Shown: positions 17,532-27,869, counted from the first letter of the stretch. The stretch is 64,000 nt of DNA from Spirochaetia bacterium (GCA_038204425.1 JBBRCZ010000001.1:224001-288000), one strand, 5' to 3'. Program-made: numbers and translations. Notes: generated from the sequence alone by a model not told the origin.

Positions 17532-19310
17532 CTAGTCTTTTTTGATGGTTTTGCCAAACGCAGACCAAGCAGTATCCTTTTCTTGATTTGAATAGTTTCG
17601 ATCCTTTTTTGGCGCCGCTGTAGCGATCACTTTTGAGCTGCTCGTTTTTTTGTTGTTGGAGGCGTCAATGCGTTTCCTCCGAGTCTCGGCTTCGTCGCGA
17701 CGTTTTGCTTTCTCGTCTTTTGTACTTGAACCAGCTCGAGTGCTGGTTCCGTGGTCAGAATTCATGCGAAACGAGCCAGAAAACTCGTCAAATTTGCCCT
17801 TTATACTTTCATATTTGCCACTAATCTTAAGTATGATCTGCCTAATAATTGATAGTCGAAGCCAAGCAAACTTAAATAGGTCCTGAATATTTAGTCCAAA
17901 AAGTTGGTGATAGTCCCTAAAACGAATTTTGTCTGGGTGAAAAAATGGCGTGAGACTGGTTTTGAGGTCGTCACTTGATTTAACATCTCTATGTTTTTTT
18001 ATTGACAAGATAATTGCCTCAGCAACCAAATTGGGGCGTTGCAGTAGCTCAAACAATGCTGGATCAATTACTTTGACTTGTTCGGCGATGTCGCTGTCAA
18101 AGTTGTCTTTTGAATAGAAGACCGAGGCAGGACCCTCGCTTGGTCTCTTTAGATAGTGATCCATGTTTTTTATATATATGGCAAAGAGATCTTTTCCTAT
18201 TCTTTCTAAATTGTGAATAAAATAAGCGTGCACATTATCTTGGTGTATGTAAGCTCGACCTAGATGTACCAAAACAGGGAGTGATTTTCTTTCAGGAGCC
18301 TGTAGATAGAGCGTTTCAAAAACTTTTTTGAACTCTACAAAGTTGTCTTCATACTTCTTCTTGTATGAAACCAAAATGTCAGCAAATTCATCTTCGCTTC
18401 TAAAGTAACCATTTGCCGTACGCATAAACTCAAGAATGGTTTTCATATCAAGGGCTCGATCTTCGTCTGCTTTTCTACGCTTTTGTGACTCGGCAGCCTG
18501 AGCGTACAAAAAACTCTTAAAGAAGCCGATCACCGGCCAAACTTGATTGTCTAACTTAATCTTGTTGTTTTGTTTGATAACGTCGTGGTGCTCCGAAAGG
18601 TTTTCGGTAAATTGTAGCCAGAAGCTAGGATCTCTTCCTTCTAGCTGACGCTTTAGCTCCATAAGTGCTTGGTTTCGCAGCTGAGCAATGTAGCTCGCCA
18701 AAGTGGTATTTTGAAAAACGGCTTGAAGCTTTGCCAAAACGATGGTGACAAATCTTTTGACATTGTTTGAACTTATAAGAAACGTGCAGCCTTCGACGGT
18801 AAGTTCGTATATGGCACTCTCTTCAGGTTCCCTTGTAGCATGGTTGCGAGCAAGGTTGGCAAAATCTGAAACGGTTATATGAACTGAGGGGATCTCTATC
18901 CCTTTGAGCTGCAGAATGTCTTTGCTTGGTAGTGGATTTAGAATACTGGCAACTACATCGGTTAGTTCTTCTTCAAGAACTTTTTGGTAAAAAAAGAAGT
19001 CGTCTGGATTGCAGAGTGTGATTGAGTACGGCTTGCGCTCGTTTTCTTGCACCTGAGTCATCAAAAGGCCCGATTTGCCATTTCGCAATTTCTTCATTAG
19101 TGACTCAATGTCTTTTTTGGCATTGACAGACTCTGAGGAAATTATTCCAAGTACGGTTTGATAGTTGATGGAAGGAGCCCACATGCGAACTATGCGATGA
19201 AAAATTTCTCGTTCGCTTGGGCTAAAGTTTCCTATTTGAGACAAAAAGGCCTCGCGGCCTTTGTTATCGTAAGTGATATAATCAGGTTGGATCGCTACGG
19301 ACATAGACAT
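17532..19310 (-). CDS. Hypothetical helical protein with a basic low-complexity C-terminal tail
   Basis: 592-aa ORF with an extended -10 (TGA-TATAAT) just upstream; the true start may be ATG 19304. Confidence 0.8.
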   Translation of the reverse strand: MSMSVAIQPDYITYDNKGREAFLSQIGNFSPSEREIFHRIVRMWAPSINYQTVLGIISSESVNAKKDIESLMKKLRNGKSGLLMTQVQENERKPYSITLCNPDDFFFYQKVLEEELTDVVASILNPLPSKDILQLKGIEIPSVHITVSDFANLARNHATREPEESAIYELTVEGCTFLISSNNVKRFVTIVLAKLQAVFQNTTLASYIAQLRNQALMELKRQLEGRDPSFWLQFTENLSEHHDVIKQNNKIKLDNQVWPVIGFFKSFLYAQAAESQKRRKADEDRALDMKTILEFMRTANGYFRSEDEFADILVSYKKKYEDNFVEFKKVFETLYLQAPERKSLPVLVHLGRAYIHQDNVHAYFIHNLERIGKDLFAIYIKNMDHYLKRPSEGPASVFYSKDNFDSDIAEQVKVIDPALFELLQRPNLVAEAIILSIKKHRDVKSSDDLKTSLTPFFHPDKIRFRDYHQLFGLNIQDLFKFAWLRLSIIRQIILKISGKYESIKGKFDEFSGSFRMNSDHGTSTRAGSSTKDEKAKRRDEAETRRKRIDASNNKKTSSSKVIATAAPKKDRNYSNQEKDTAWSAFGKTIKKD

Positions 19311-19370
19311 TATTATATCATGTCGGCTTGGATTGAAGAACAGAACAGCAAAAAAAACAAAGATCTCGCA

Positions 19371-19823
19371 CTATTGACTCGAGCTGAGATCCAAAAGCAT
19401 GCCGTTTACTCTAACTTGGTGGCTTATAGTAACGCTTGAGCGAAGCATTGCCTGAACCGAACAGTACTTGTTCAGGGCAAGATCAACGGCCCTCAATACC
19501 TTATTGCTATCAAGTTGTCCTTCTAGCTTAAACAAGAGATTGATTGTTACAAAGACGGCCGGTATTGCTGATTCGTCACGTGTGCCTTCTACTTCAACAT
19601 TCAATTGGTCTAACTGCATGCGTTGCTTTTTTATAATCTCTACTAGATCCATTGCAGCACATGAAGCCAAGGCACTTAGGACCAATTGCATTGGTCGCAA
19701 GCCAAGACCCTGTCCGCCTATGCTAGGGGAGCCATCCACCGAACAATGTTGGCCTTCTTCATTGCTTGCTTCAAAGTGAACCGCGTCATTGACGCGTCTA
19801 AGTTGAATTTTCATAGTGACCAT
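19371..19823 (-). CDS. OsmC/YhfA family protein
   Basis: G.RPMQLVLSALASCAAMD and KYCSV. Confidence 0.9.
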   Translation of the reverse strand: MVTMKIQLRRVNDAVHFEASNEEGQHCSVDGSPSIGGQGLGLRPMQLVLSALASCAAMDLVEIIKKQRMQLDQLNVEVEGTRDESAIPAVFVTINLLFKLEGQLDSNKVLRAVDLALNKYCSVQAMLRSSVTISHQVRVNGMLLDLSSSQ

Positions 19824-20026
19824 TCCCTTGAGGGGTTATTTGCCCAAATTTTGTCTATATTGAAGCACAAATATACCTAAGTGTACTTATAATGTATATC
19901 AAGTTGTCCAAAAAAAAGCCGGCTCATTATTGAAGCACTGTCATGGTCAAGGTATTATGGTGCAAGAAGTACATTGGGCTGATAAGCCTTTCGACTATTT
20001 CTTGTCTACGCATCCAAGGAGGAAAC

Positions 20027-22741
20027 ATGCAACACAGAAAAATCAATGATAAATGGGGTCTACTCAAACCACTGCAAGGTTTTGAAGCTCATACCAGCTA
20101 TATTAGTTTGAAAACAGCCAAGGAAAAGAATCTTGCCAACGTGGAAAAGTTTCCTTGGTCGATTAGGATCTTATTTGAAGGTGTTTTAAGGAACTATAAC
20201 GGAAAAGAAGTTACCAATGAACATGTTGCCGCTTTCAGCAACTATGATCCCAAAAAACCGCTTGATCTGGAGTTTCCGTTTATGCCGGCCAGAGTTCTGC
20301 TGCAGGACTTTACAGGCGTTCCATGTGTTGTTGACTTGGCAGCTATGAGATCAGCTATGGCACGGCTTGGAAAAGATCCATCTTTGATTAACCCACAATT
20401 ACCGGTCAACTTAATAATCGATCATTCTTTGAGCATCGACTACTTCAACAGTCCGGACGCCATGAAAAAGAACACCGATCTTGAGTTTCAAAGAAATCAA
20501 GAACGCTACAACTTTTTAAGGTGGGGACAAGCCAACCTTAAGAACTTTACCGTAGTTCCACCTGCTTCAGGAATTTGTCATCAGGTAAACTTGGAGTATT
20601 TAGCCAAAGTTGCTCAACACACCGAATTGGACGGCGACAAAAAGATTGCCTTTTTTGACAGCTTGGTGGGGACCGACAGCCATACTACGATGATAAATGG
20701 CCTGGGCGTTCTTGGTTGGGGCGTAGGTGGAATAGAGGCCGAAGCAGCAATGCTGGGCCAACCAGTCTATATGCTCTTACCACCAGTTGTAGGAGTACGA
20801 TTGACAGGAAAGCCAGGAAGCGGCATTACCTCAACTGACATTGTTCTGAGGTTAACTGAACTGCTGCGTAAACACGGTGTTGTAAACAAGATTGTGGAGT
20901 ACTTTGGACCGGGCATGGAATCCATGAACGTGCCTGACCGCGCGACTATTGCCAACATGGCGCCAGAATATGGTGCAACAGCCGGTTACTTTCCAGTCGA
21001 TAAAAAATCCCTCGAATATCTTTACCAAACCGGTAGAGACGAACAGCAGATAGCTCTTGTAGAAGCCTATTACCGCCAACAAGATATGTTCTGGACCAAA
21101 GACAGTCCAGTCGCAGAATATGAAACTGTTTTGGAGCTGGATTTGGCAACCATAAAAGCCTCAATTGCCGGGCCCAAACGGCCTCAGGATAGGGTGCAGC
21201 TGGAAAATGTGGCCCAGTCTTTCAAACAGGCTCTCAGCGATGGACTTGATGTACGTGGTTTTGCCCTAAATCCGGCTGAGTTAGATGCCAGCGGCCTAGC
21301 ACTAAATGAGCAGGGCGTTGAGGTAAACTTAAAACACGGTGATGTTGTTATTGCATCAATTACCAGTTGCACCAATACTAGTTCCCCAGCCCTGCTTTTG
21401 GGAGCTGGTCTACTTGCCAAAAAGGCCATCGAACGTGGGCTTAAACGTAAACCTTGGGTAAAGACCAGTTTTGCACCTGGTTCAGTTGTAGTAACTGAGT
21501 ACCTGATCAAGGCCGGGCTGATGACCTACCTTGAACAACTTGGCTTCTATCTTGTTGGTTATGGCTGCGCAACCTGTATTGGTAACTCGGGTCCATTGCC
21601 AGAAGGCATAGCCAAAAGTATCGAAGCCAACAAGATCGTTGCTGCGGCAGTTCTATCGGGCAACCGAAACTTTGAAGGCAGAGTAAACCCAAGCACAAGA
21701 GCAAACTATCTCGCGTCACCTCCGCTGTGTGTTGCCTATGCGCTGGCAGGAAATATGGGTGTCGATTTGAGTCGCGATTCACTTGGTACTGATAACGAGG
21801 GTAAGCCAGTCTACTTGTCAGAAATCTGGCCCGATGACAAAGAGTTGGCCGAATATATCACCAAAGCTTTGGATAGAGAGAGCTTTATCCAAGCATACAC
21901 TGATATAGAAAAGTCCAACCCTGTCTGGAACCTGCTAGAAACAAGCAACAATCAGATTTACGAATGGGACCCAAACTCCACCTATATTCAAGAGCCACCG
22001 TTCTTTGATTCGTTAAGTTCTGGTGAAGGAAGCATCGCCGCCATAAAGAATGCAAGAGTTCTTGCTATTTTTGGCGATTCGATCACAACTGACCATATTT
22101 CTCCTGCAGGAAGCATAGCCACCAAGAGTCCCGCTGGCGAGTACCTACAAGCCAAGGGTATTATTCGCCAAGATTTTAACTCCTATGGCAGCAGACGTGG
22201 CAACGATAGAATTATGACAAGAGGCACCTTTGCCAACATTCGCTTGAGAAATACCATGGTGCCCGGTGTTGAAGGTGGCATAACTGTCGATCATGAAACA
22301 GGCAAACAAACGAGCATCTATGAAGCCGGTACCAAGTACAAACAACAAGGAATTGCTTCTATAATTTTGGCTGGCAAAGACTATGGAATGGGTTCGAGTA
22401 GAGATTGGGCAGCTAAGGGTGTGATGCTTCTGGGCGTAAAAGCGGTAATAGCAGAAAGCTTTGAGCGAATTCATCGGTCAAACTTGGTTGGCATGGGAGT
22501 ACTTCCATTGCAGTTTGCTGGGAACGAAAGCGCGCTAAGCCTCGGCTTGGATGGCTCTGAAATATTTTCAATAGAAATTGATGACACCATTGTTCCAAAG
22601 AGCAAACTTATCGTTGACGTTCAAAAGAAGGATGGAAGTACACTTAAGGTTCACGTGATCGTGCGCATCGATAGCGCCGTTGAAGTTAGCTATTACCGCA
22701 ATGGCGGAATTCTTCAGACCGTTTTAAAGAACTATCTCTAG
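20027..22741 (+). CDS. acnA: Aconitate hydratase A
   Basis: RVLLQDFTGVP, GTDSHT, SITSCTNTS, GYGCATCIGNSG, TTDHISPAG, YGMGSSRDWAAKG; ATG 20027 follows AAGGAGG. Confidence 0.97.
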   Translation: MQHRKINDKWGLLKPLQGFEAHTSYISLKTAKEKNLANVEKFPWSIRILFEGVLRNYNGKEVTNEHVAAFSNYDPKKPLDLEFPFMPARVLLQDFTGVPCVVDLAAMRSAMARLGKDPSLINPQLPVNLIIDHSLSIDYFNSPDAMKKNTDLEFQRNQERYNFLRWGQANLKNFTVVPPASGICHQVNLEYLAKVAQHTELDGDKKIAFFDSLVGTDSHTTMINGLGVLGWGVGGIEAEAAMLGQPVYMLLPPVVGVRLTGKPGSGITSTDIVLRLTELLRKHGVVNKIVEYFGPGMESMNVPDRATIANMAPEYGATAGYFPVDKKSLEYLYQTGRDEQQIALVEAYYRQQDMFWTKDSPVAEYETVLELDLATIKASIAGPKRPQDRVQLENVAQSFKQALSDGLDVRGFALNPAELDASGLALNEQGVEVNLKHGDVVIASITSCTNTSSPALLLGAGLLAKKAIERGLKRKPWVKTSFAPGSVVVTEYLIKAGLMTYLEQLGFYLVGYGCATCIGNSGPLPEGIAKSIEANKIVAAAVLSGNRNFEGRVNPSTRANYLASPPLCVAYALAGNMGVDLSRDSLGTDNEGKPVYLSEIWPDDKELAEYITKALDRESFIQAYTDIEKSNPVWNLLETSNNQIYEWDPNSTYIQEPPFFDSLSSGEGSIAAIKNARVLAIFGDSITTDHISPAGSIATKSPAGEYLQAKGIIRQDFNSYGSRRGNDRIMTRGTFANIRLRNTMVPGVEGGITVDHETGKQTSIYEAGTKYKQQGIASIILAGKDYGMGSSRDWAAKGVMLLGVKAVIAESFERIHRSNLVGMGVLPLQFAGNESALSLGLDGSEIFSIEIDDTIVPKSKLIVDVQKKDGSTLKVHVIVRIDSAVEVSYYRNGGILQTVLKNYL

Positions 22742-23170
22742 GCAAATCGTTGAAGGCTCCGTTTCGAAATGCTTCGGAGCCTTCATACCATCGGCTTTTA
22801 GAAGCTCCAGCATCAATGCTCCATAGTACGGGAAGGCCAGCGCTGGCCTTCCTGCAAGAACTATCGCTGTATCTTGAACCAAACCATGTTCTTGCCCGCA
22901 ACGAAAGTTAGTCCAAAAGCAATCCCTTAAGTTGTTGTTGTTAAGAAAAACAAAATTGTTGGCTAAAATTATTTTACCATCACTTCTAAGCAGACCCGCG
23001 CCTGCAATGCCAATCGCGTGCCTGAGTTGTATGCAGAACAAAGCATACGTCGTAGTTTCTTGGTCAATCACATAGTGTTCAAAATTAACAAGTTGCAGAT
23101 TTGGATCAAATAGTCCCAGCTTAGTTCCTGATCCGGCTCCTATATCAATAGCTACAAAAAATCGGCCCAA
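22724..23170 (-). pseudogene. Internally deleted ROK-family sugar kinase remnant
   Basis: VAIDIGAGSGTKLGLFD and IGIAGAG..DG.I..ANN are ROK N-terminal motifs; the NDAN and GTG.G motifs are absent; only 148 aa. Confidence 0.55.
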
Positions 23171-24426
23171 ACTAAGCCTTGTCCATTTTCAATCCCGCGC
23201 CTAAGTTCCTTGCCAAGAATCTTAGTTAAGAATCTTGGATGTATACCTGGCCGTAACAGTTTCTCTGTTCTTAAGATTGCAAAGTCACTTGCTTTGATAA
23301 TAGTGTTTGGTTGGAGCTCTTTTACAGCGTGTAGAGAGCGATTGCTGCGACCATAGTTGTCCTGTTCTGCCAATGCTAACTGTTTTACACCATCGCCAAG
23401 AATCGCACTAATTTTTTCCTCATCAAAGCGTATGTTCAACTCATCAAATATTTTTTGAACAAAAAATATTGCCGACAGTTTTGAGCTCAGTTCAAAATTG
23501 TTTTCGTCACGCGTTTTGGTTTGTTTTAGAACAAATTCTGCTTCTCGTACCGACTTGGTCATTTTCTTGAAAGCTTGCGGATTAAGCGCAATCGGATCAT
23601 CTAGACCAGAGCTATCGTTGCTAAGGGTAAAGTGTTTTTCAATCATGCGGGCACCGAGAACTGTCGAAATAGTTGGAACCAAGATTGGGTCTAGACTATG
23701 GTCTGAGATCCCTGTTTCTACACCAAATATTTGTCTTAGACTGCGCAAGAGCAGAAGATTGTACTGATCTTCAGGTGCTGGATATGAAGTTATGCAATGC
23801 AAGAGCGTAATCTTTTTTAGTTGACTTCTTTCAATAGGCAAGAGCGGACCGTAGTCATTGACTACACTTTGTGGTGCGGTTAATTCCTTGCTTCGCATCA
23901 GCTTCATAGTCTCGCTAGGGTGGAGCAGGGGAAGGTACTGAAGTTGTCCAGCACGAGCCAACCTAACCGTTTCCAAGGCCTCTTCTATGTCTGATAGTCG
24001 ACTGACCCCTGACGATAATATTAGCTCATTGTGGGTGTAGGCACAGTACTCAAGCAAGGTAAGATGGTTTAGCTCAGGACTAGCAATTTTAAAACGTTCT
24101 GCTCCAATCGTAAGTAGCTCTTGAGCACTTCTAATGCCAAATGGACTGCATAAAAAAGACAGGTCAATACTTTCGGCATGTTGCTTCAAGCGTAAAAAAA
24201 AATCGGGCCCTTGCTCAAGTTCCCTAAAGCGCTCAAAAAGAGCAATCTTGCCGCCAGGTAGGGCAACGGTTCCTGTTGCAGGATGTACAATTTCATCAGC
24301 GTAGACCCACTGAAATTTTACCGTATCGGCCCCTGCTTCCTTAGCAGCATCAATCATAGCAAGAGCCGTTGCGAGTTTGCCCTGATGAGAGGTTCCAATT
24401 TCGGCGATTATTTCAACTTGGCTCAT
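23152..24426 (-). CDS. NeuB/SpsE-family nonulosonic (sialic-type) acid synthase with a SAF domain
   Basis: IIAEIGTSHQG, AGADTVKFQ, KIASPE, LLHCITSYPAP, GISDHS, IEKHFTL, C-terminal GIHP SAF domain. Confidence 0.9.
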   Translation of the reverse strand: MSQVEIIAEIGTSHQGKLATALAMIDAAKEAGADTVKFQWVYADEIVHPATGTVALPGGKIALFERFRELEQGPDFFLRLKQHAESIDLSFLCSPFGIRSAQELLTIGAERFKIASPELNHLTLLEYCAYTHNELILSSGVSRLSDIEEALETVRLARAGQLQYLPLLHPSETMKLMRSKELTAPQSVVNDYGPLLPIERSQLKKITLLHCITSYPAPEDQYNLLLLRSLRQIFGVETGISDHSLDPILVPTISTVLGARMIEKHFTLSNDSSGLDDPIALNPQAFKKMTKSVREAEFVLKQTKTRDENNFELSSKLSAIFFVQKIFDELNIRFDEEKISAILGDGVKQLALAEQDNYGRSNRSLHAVKELQPNTIIKASDFAILRTEKLLRPGIHPRFLTKILGKELRRGIENGQGLVWADFL

Positions 24427-24450
24427 AACGCCTCCTCTACGGTACTGAGT

Positions 24451-25728
24451 CTATTTTCGTGGCTTGATCAAGTCAAAACCACAATAGGGTTGCAAGTTCT
24501 TTGGAATCCTAACACTACCGTCTGCCTCTTGAAAATTTTCTATCACGGCGATTATCGCACGACTCACGGCAATAGCTGTACCATTGAGCATATGGACGTA
24601 AGTCTTTTTGCCCTCTGAATCTTTGCTTTTACAGTTGAGTCTTCTGGCTTGATAATCGGTGCAGTTGGAAGTAGAAGTCACCTCGCCAAAATCGCCATCT
24701 CCGCGGCCTGGCATCCAGGCTTCAAGATCAAACTTGCGATAGGCAGGTGCGCCGAGGTCGCCGGTACAGGTATCTACTATTCTATAAGGAATTTCAAGGC
24801 CTCTGAAAATCTCTTCTTCTATAGTTCGTAGTTGCATATGTATTCGATCCGAGTCTTCAGGTCGGCAATAAACGAACATTTCCACTTTGCTAAATTGGTG
24901 AACGCGGTAAAGACCCTTGGAAAACTGGCCTGCAGCACCAGCTTCGCGTCTAAAACAATGAGAAAGGCCAGCATACAAAAGTGGAAGTTCTTGTTCATTC
25001 AGGAGCGAGTCTGCGTGATAGCCACCTAAGGTGATTTCAGCCGTTCCTACTAAACATGTTCCTGTTCCTTCAAGGGAATAAATGTTGCTTTCGGCTCCGC
25101 GTGGATTAAATCCTACGCCGAGTAAAACCTCTTCTTTGGCAATGTCAGGAGTGATAAATGCAGTAAAGCCATGCTTGGTTACGATGTCCAGTGCATATCT
25201 AATCAGGGCCAATTCCAGAAAAACACCTTCATTCTTTAAAAAGTAGAACTTGGTTCCCGATACTTTGGTACCAGCCTCAAAGTCGATGATGTCTAGTTTT
25301 TCACCCAACAGAACGTGATCAAGGGGCGCAAAATCAAATTTCCGAATCGTTCCCCAGCGCGCTATTTCTTTATTGTCACTGTCAAGTTTTCCAATTGGTG
25401 CATCTGGATGGGCCATATTCGGAATTTTGGCCAGTTCTATTTTATAGAGGGTTTCGATTTCTTCTAGGTTTGATTCAAGTGCAGGAAGTTGCTCCTTGAT
25501 AGACCTGCCTTCTTCGATTTGGGCTTGTCGAGCAGTCGCGTCCAGCTGCCCCTTCATTTTGCCGGCGTGTTCATTTCTCTGGGCTCGCAAAACATCAATC
25601 TGATGAATGAGCAAGTTGCGTTGTTCGTAGAGTTCTAACACTTTGTCGGGATCGGCGTTCATACTGCGATTGGCAATATTTTCCTTAACGGCAGTTAGAT
25701 TGTCATGAATATATTTTATGTCAAGCAT
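24451..25728 (-). CDS. serS: Serine--tRNA ligase
   Basis: GTAEI, CFRREAG, GLYRVHQFSKVE, EVTSTSNCTDYQARRL, LNGTA. Confidence 0.97.
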   Translation of the reverse strand: MLDIKYIHDNLTAVKENIANRSMNADPDKVLELYEQRNLLIHQIDVLRAQRNEHAGKMKGQLDATARQAQIEEGRSIKEQLPALESNLEEIETLYKIELAKIPNMAHPDAPIGKLDSDNKEIARWGTIRKFDFAPLDHVLLGEKLDIIDFEAGTKVSGTKFYFLKNEGVFLELALIRYALDIVTKHGFTAFITPDIAKEEVLLGVGFNPRGAESNIYSLEGTGTCLVGTAEITLGGYHADSLLNEQELPLLYAGLSHCFRREAGAAGQFSKGLYRVHQFSKVEMFVYCRPEDSDRIHMQLRTIEEEIFRGLEIPYRIVDTCTGDLGAPAYRKFDLEAWMPGRGDGDFGEVTSTSNCTDYQARRLNCKSKDSEGKKTYVHMLNGTAIAVSRAIIAVIENFQEADGSVRIPKNLQPYCGFDLIKPRK

Positions 25729-25780
25729 GGGCGCATGATAGCTCGAGCAGCTTGTCTATGACAAGCATGGCTGATCAGCT

Positions 25781-26575
25781 TCATGTTTCAAGCTCAGTAG
25801 CACGTCGAGCTGCAGCCATTACAGCGTTCATGATTCCGGCGCGGAATCCAGCCTGTTCAAGCTCATTAATCCCAGCGATGGTTGTTCCGCCAGGACTACA
25901 AACACGACTAACCATTTCGCTGGGGTGCACACTTGCAGAGCGCAGGCTGGCCAGAGCACCGTCTACCACAGCCAAGCAAAGCTCAAGACTCTTGGCGTAG
26001 GCAATTCCAGCTTGGGTACCAGCCATAGCCATAGCATGAATAAACTCAAATACAAAGGCGATACCCGATCCACTAACGCCGACAACGGCGCTCATCAAGT
26101 GTTCGGGAACTTCTAAGGAGATTCCAATGGCACTAGATAGCGCCACGACTTCTTTTTTAAAGTCTTCTCTGGCGTTTGCAGAAAAACTAATACCTGTTAC
26201 TGATTTTCCACAGGAAGCGGCTAAATTGGGCATGAGTCTGGCAACCTGGGCGGTCCCACAGTGCTTGAGGTAAGTTTCTAAGGTCTTCCCAGCCAAGATG
26301 GTGATAATCTTGGCTGTTTTTGTGAGCGGTGCAATAGCGGTAAGCAGGGACTCCAGGTCTTGAGGCTTGATCGCAATCAGAATGTAGTCTGATTTGGCAA
26401 AAAAAGCAGCCATATCGCCTGTAAAGTCTTTGGCGTGATACTTTTCCACGGCGACTTGGATTCGATCGGGTGATTTTTCTACCACGTTAATGTCCAAGTC
26501 GTGATTAACCTTGAGCACGCCCTCGGCAATTGCTTCACCCATATTGCCAAAACCAATAATTCCGAGACTTTTCAT
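25781..26575 (-). CDS. proC: Pyrroline-5-carboxylate reductase
   Basis: GFGNMG, IKPQ, RLMPN, SGSG, VCSPGGTT. Confidence 0.95.
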   Translation of the reverse strand: MKSLGIIGFGNMGEAIAEGVLKVNHDLDINVVEKSPDRIQVAVEKYHAKDFTGDMAAFFAKSDYILIAIKPQDLESLLTAIAPLTKTAKIITILAGKTLETYLKHCGTAQVARLMPNLAASCGKSVTGISFSANAREDFKKEVVALSSAIGISLEVPEHLMSAVVGVSGSGIAFVFEFIHAMAMAGTQAGIAYAKSLELCLAVVDGALASLRSASVHPSEMVSRVCSPGGTTIAGINELEQAGFRAGIMNAVMAAARRATELET

Positions 26576-27096
26576 AAAGTGTCCTTTGCATTTAAATGAT
26601 GCATGTCCAAGACAGAACTTGTCTCAACAAGATCGGGGAAGTTATTTTGCCTCATAACATCATAGGCCGCTATCGCAACGGTATTTGAAAGATTTAGTGA
26701 ACGAATGTTCTCTCCCATTGGTACCCTAAGGGTTTGAGACCTAAAACGTTCTAGCAAATTTATTGGCAAACCCGCTGTCTCTTTACCAAATACAAGGAAA
26801 CAGGGCAGGTCGATCTTTTGTTCAAAATACTTCTTGGAAGACTTAGTGCTAAAAAACCAAAGCTTGTCCGTATTCTCTCTGCCAATGGATTGCAGAAAAT
26901 CTTCAAAGTTATCGTGAACTCTAAGTGCCAGCTTGTCCCAATAGTCAAGGCCAGCTCGCCGAATTGAAGCCTGGTCAATAGAAAAACCCAACGGCTTAAT
27001 AAGATGCAAAACAGCTCCCAAGGCTGCACAGGTTCGCGCAATATTGCCGGTGTTCTGAGGAATCTCTGGCTCCAACAAGACGATATTGAGAGCCAT
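26572..27096 (-). CDS. trmL: tRNA (cytidine34-2'-O)-methyltransferase
   Basis: PEIPQNTGNIARTC, RRAGLDYW, FGKETAGLP, RSLNLSN. Confidence 0.95.
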   Translation of the reverse strand: MALNIVLLEPEIPQNTGNIARTCAALGAVLHLIKPLGFSIDQASIRRAGLDYWDKLALRVHDNFEDFLQSIGRENTDKLWFFSTKSSKKYFEQKIDLPCFLVFGKETAGLPINLLERFRSQTLRVPMGENIRSLNLSNTVAIAAYDVMRQNNFPDLVETSSVLDMHHLNAKDTL

Positions 27097-27290
27097 TACA
27101 AAAGCAAATCTTTTCTTAGCGATTCAATGAGGGTCTTAGCACGCTGACAGGTATCTAAAACTATCAGCGCATCAGGATGGGAGGCATGGCTAGACCCGAG
27201 GTCGTCAGCGATTAGCTCGGCAGAACTAAAAATGATGGCCAGCAGATTGTTTATGTCATGGATGTTCTTTTCTATTTCCTTTGGCGCCAT
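27096..27290 (-). CDS. Stand-alone HisKA/DHp microprotein (64 aa)
   Basis: HDINNLLAII H-box; AGGAG RBS; the stop overlaps the trmL start (TAATG). Confidence 0.75.
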   Translation of the reverse strand: MAPKEIEKNIHDINNLLAIIFSSAELIADDLGSSHASHPDALIVLDTCQRAKTLIESLRKDLLL

Positions 27291-27309
27291 TCAACGCACT
27301 CCTGTCAAG

Positions 27310-27816
27310 CTATGCCTTTTTTGCTGCTTCCAATGCTTTGCCGTAATCTGGTTCTTGAGCGATTTCTGGTACTTGTTCAGTGTAAACAACTCTGTCCTGT
27401 TTATCAATTACCACTATCGCTCTGCTCAAAAGTCCTGCTAATGGTCCATCAACAATGTCTACGCCATAAGCAGAACCAAATGATCCATCTCGCAAAGAAG
27501 AAAGTGTAAGCACGTTGTTGATACTCTCACTTTTACAGAATCTATTTTGGGCAAAGGGTAGGTCTTTACTGATGGTAAGTACCACGGTATCAGCCAAGCG
27601 GGCAACTTCAAGATCTAATCGACGCGTACTTGCGGCACAGACCCCGGTATCAAGTGAAGGAACGATGTTAAGGATCTTAACTTTTCCATCATAGTTAGAA
27701 AGGCTGACATCGCTCAGATCTGATTTGGTAAGCATAAAGTTTGGGGCCGTTGTCCCGATGGCCGGCAACTGTGATACCGTATGAATAGGTTTTCCTTTAA
27801 ATGTAATGGTGGCCAT
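27310..27816 (-). CDS. tpx: Thiol peroxidase (atypical 2-Cys peroxiredoxin)
   Basis: PSLDTGVCA, SKDLPFAQ.RFC, EPDY. Confidence 0.95.
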   Translation of the reverse strand: MATITFKGKPIHTVSQLPAIGTTAPNFMLTKSDLSDVSLSNYDGKVKILNIVPSLDTGVCAASTRRLDLEVARLADTVVLTISKDLPFAQNRFCKSESINNVLTLSSLRDGSFGSAYGVDIVDGPLAGLLSRAIVVIDKQDRVVYTEQVPEIAQEPDYGKALEAAKKA

Positions 27817-27869
27817 GATTACTCCTTGCTAAAGTTTACCTAATTTCTAGGGTATTTACAATCTCATTC

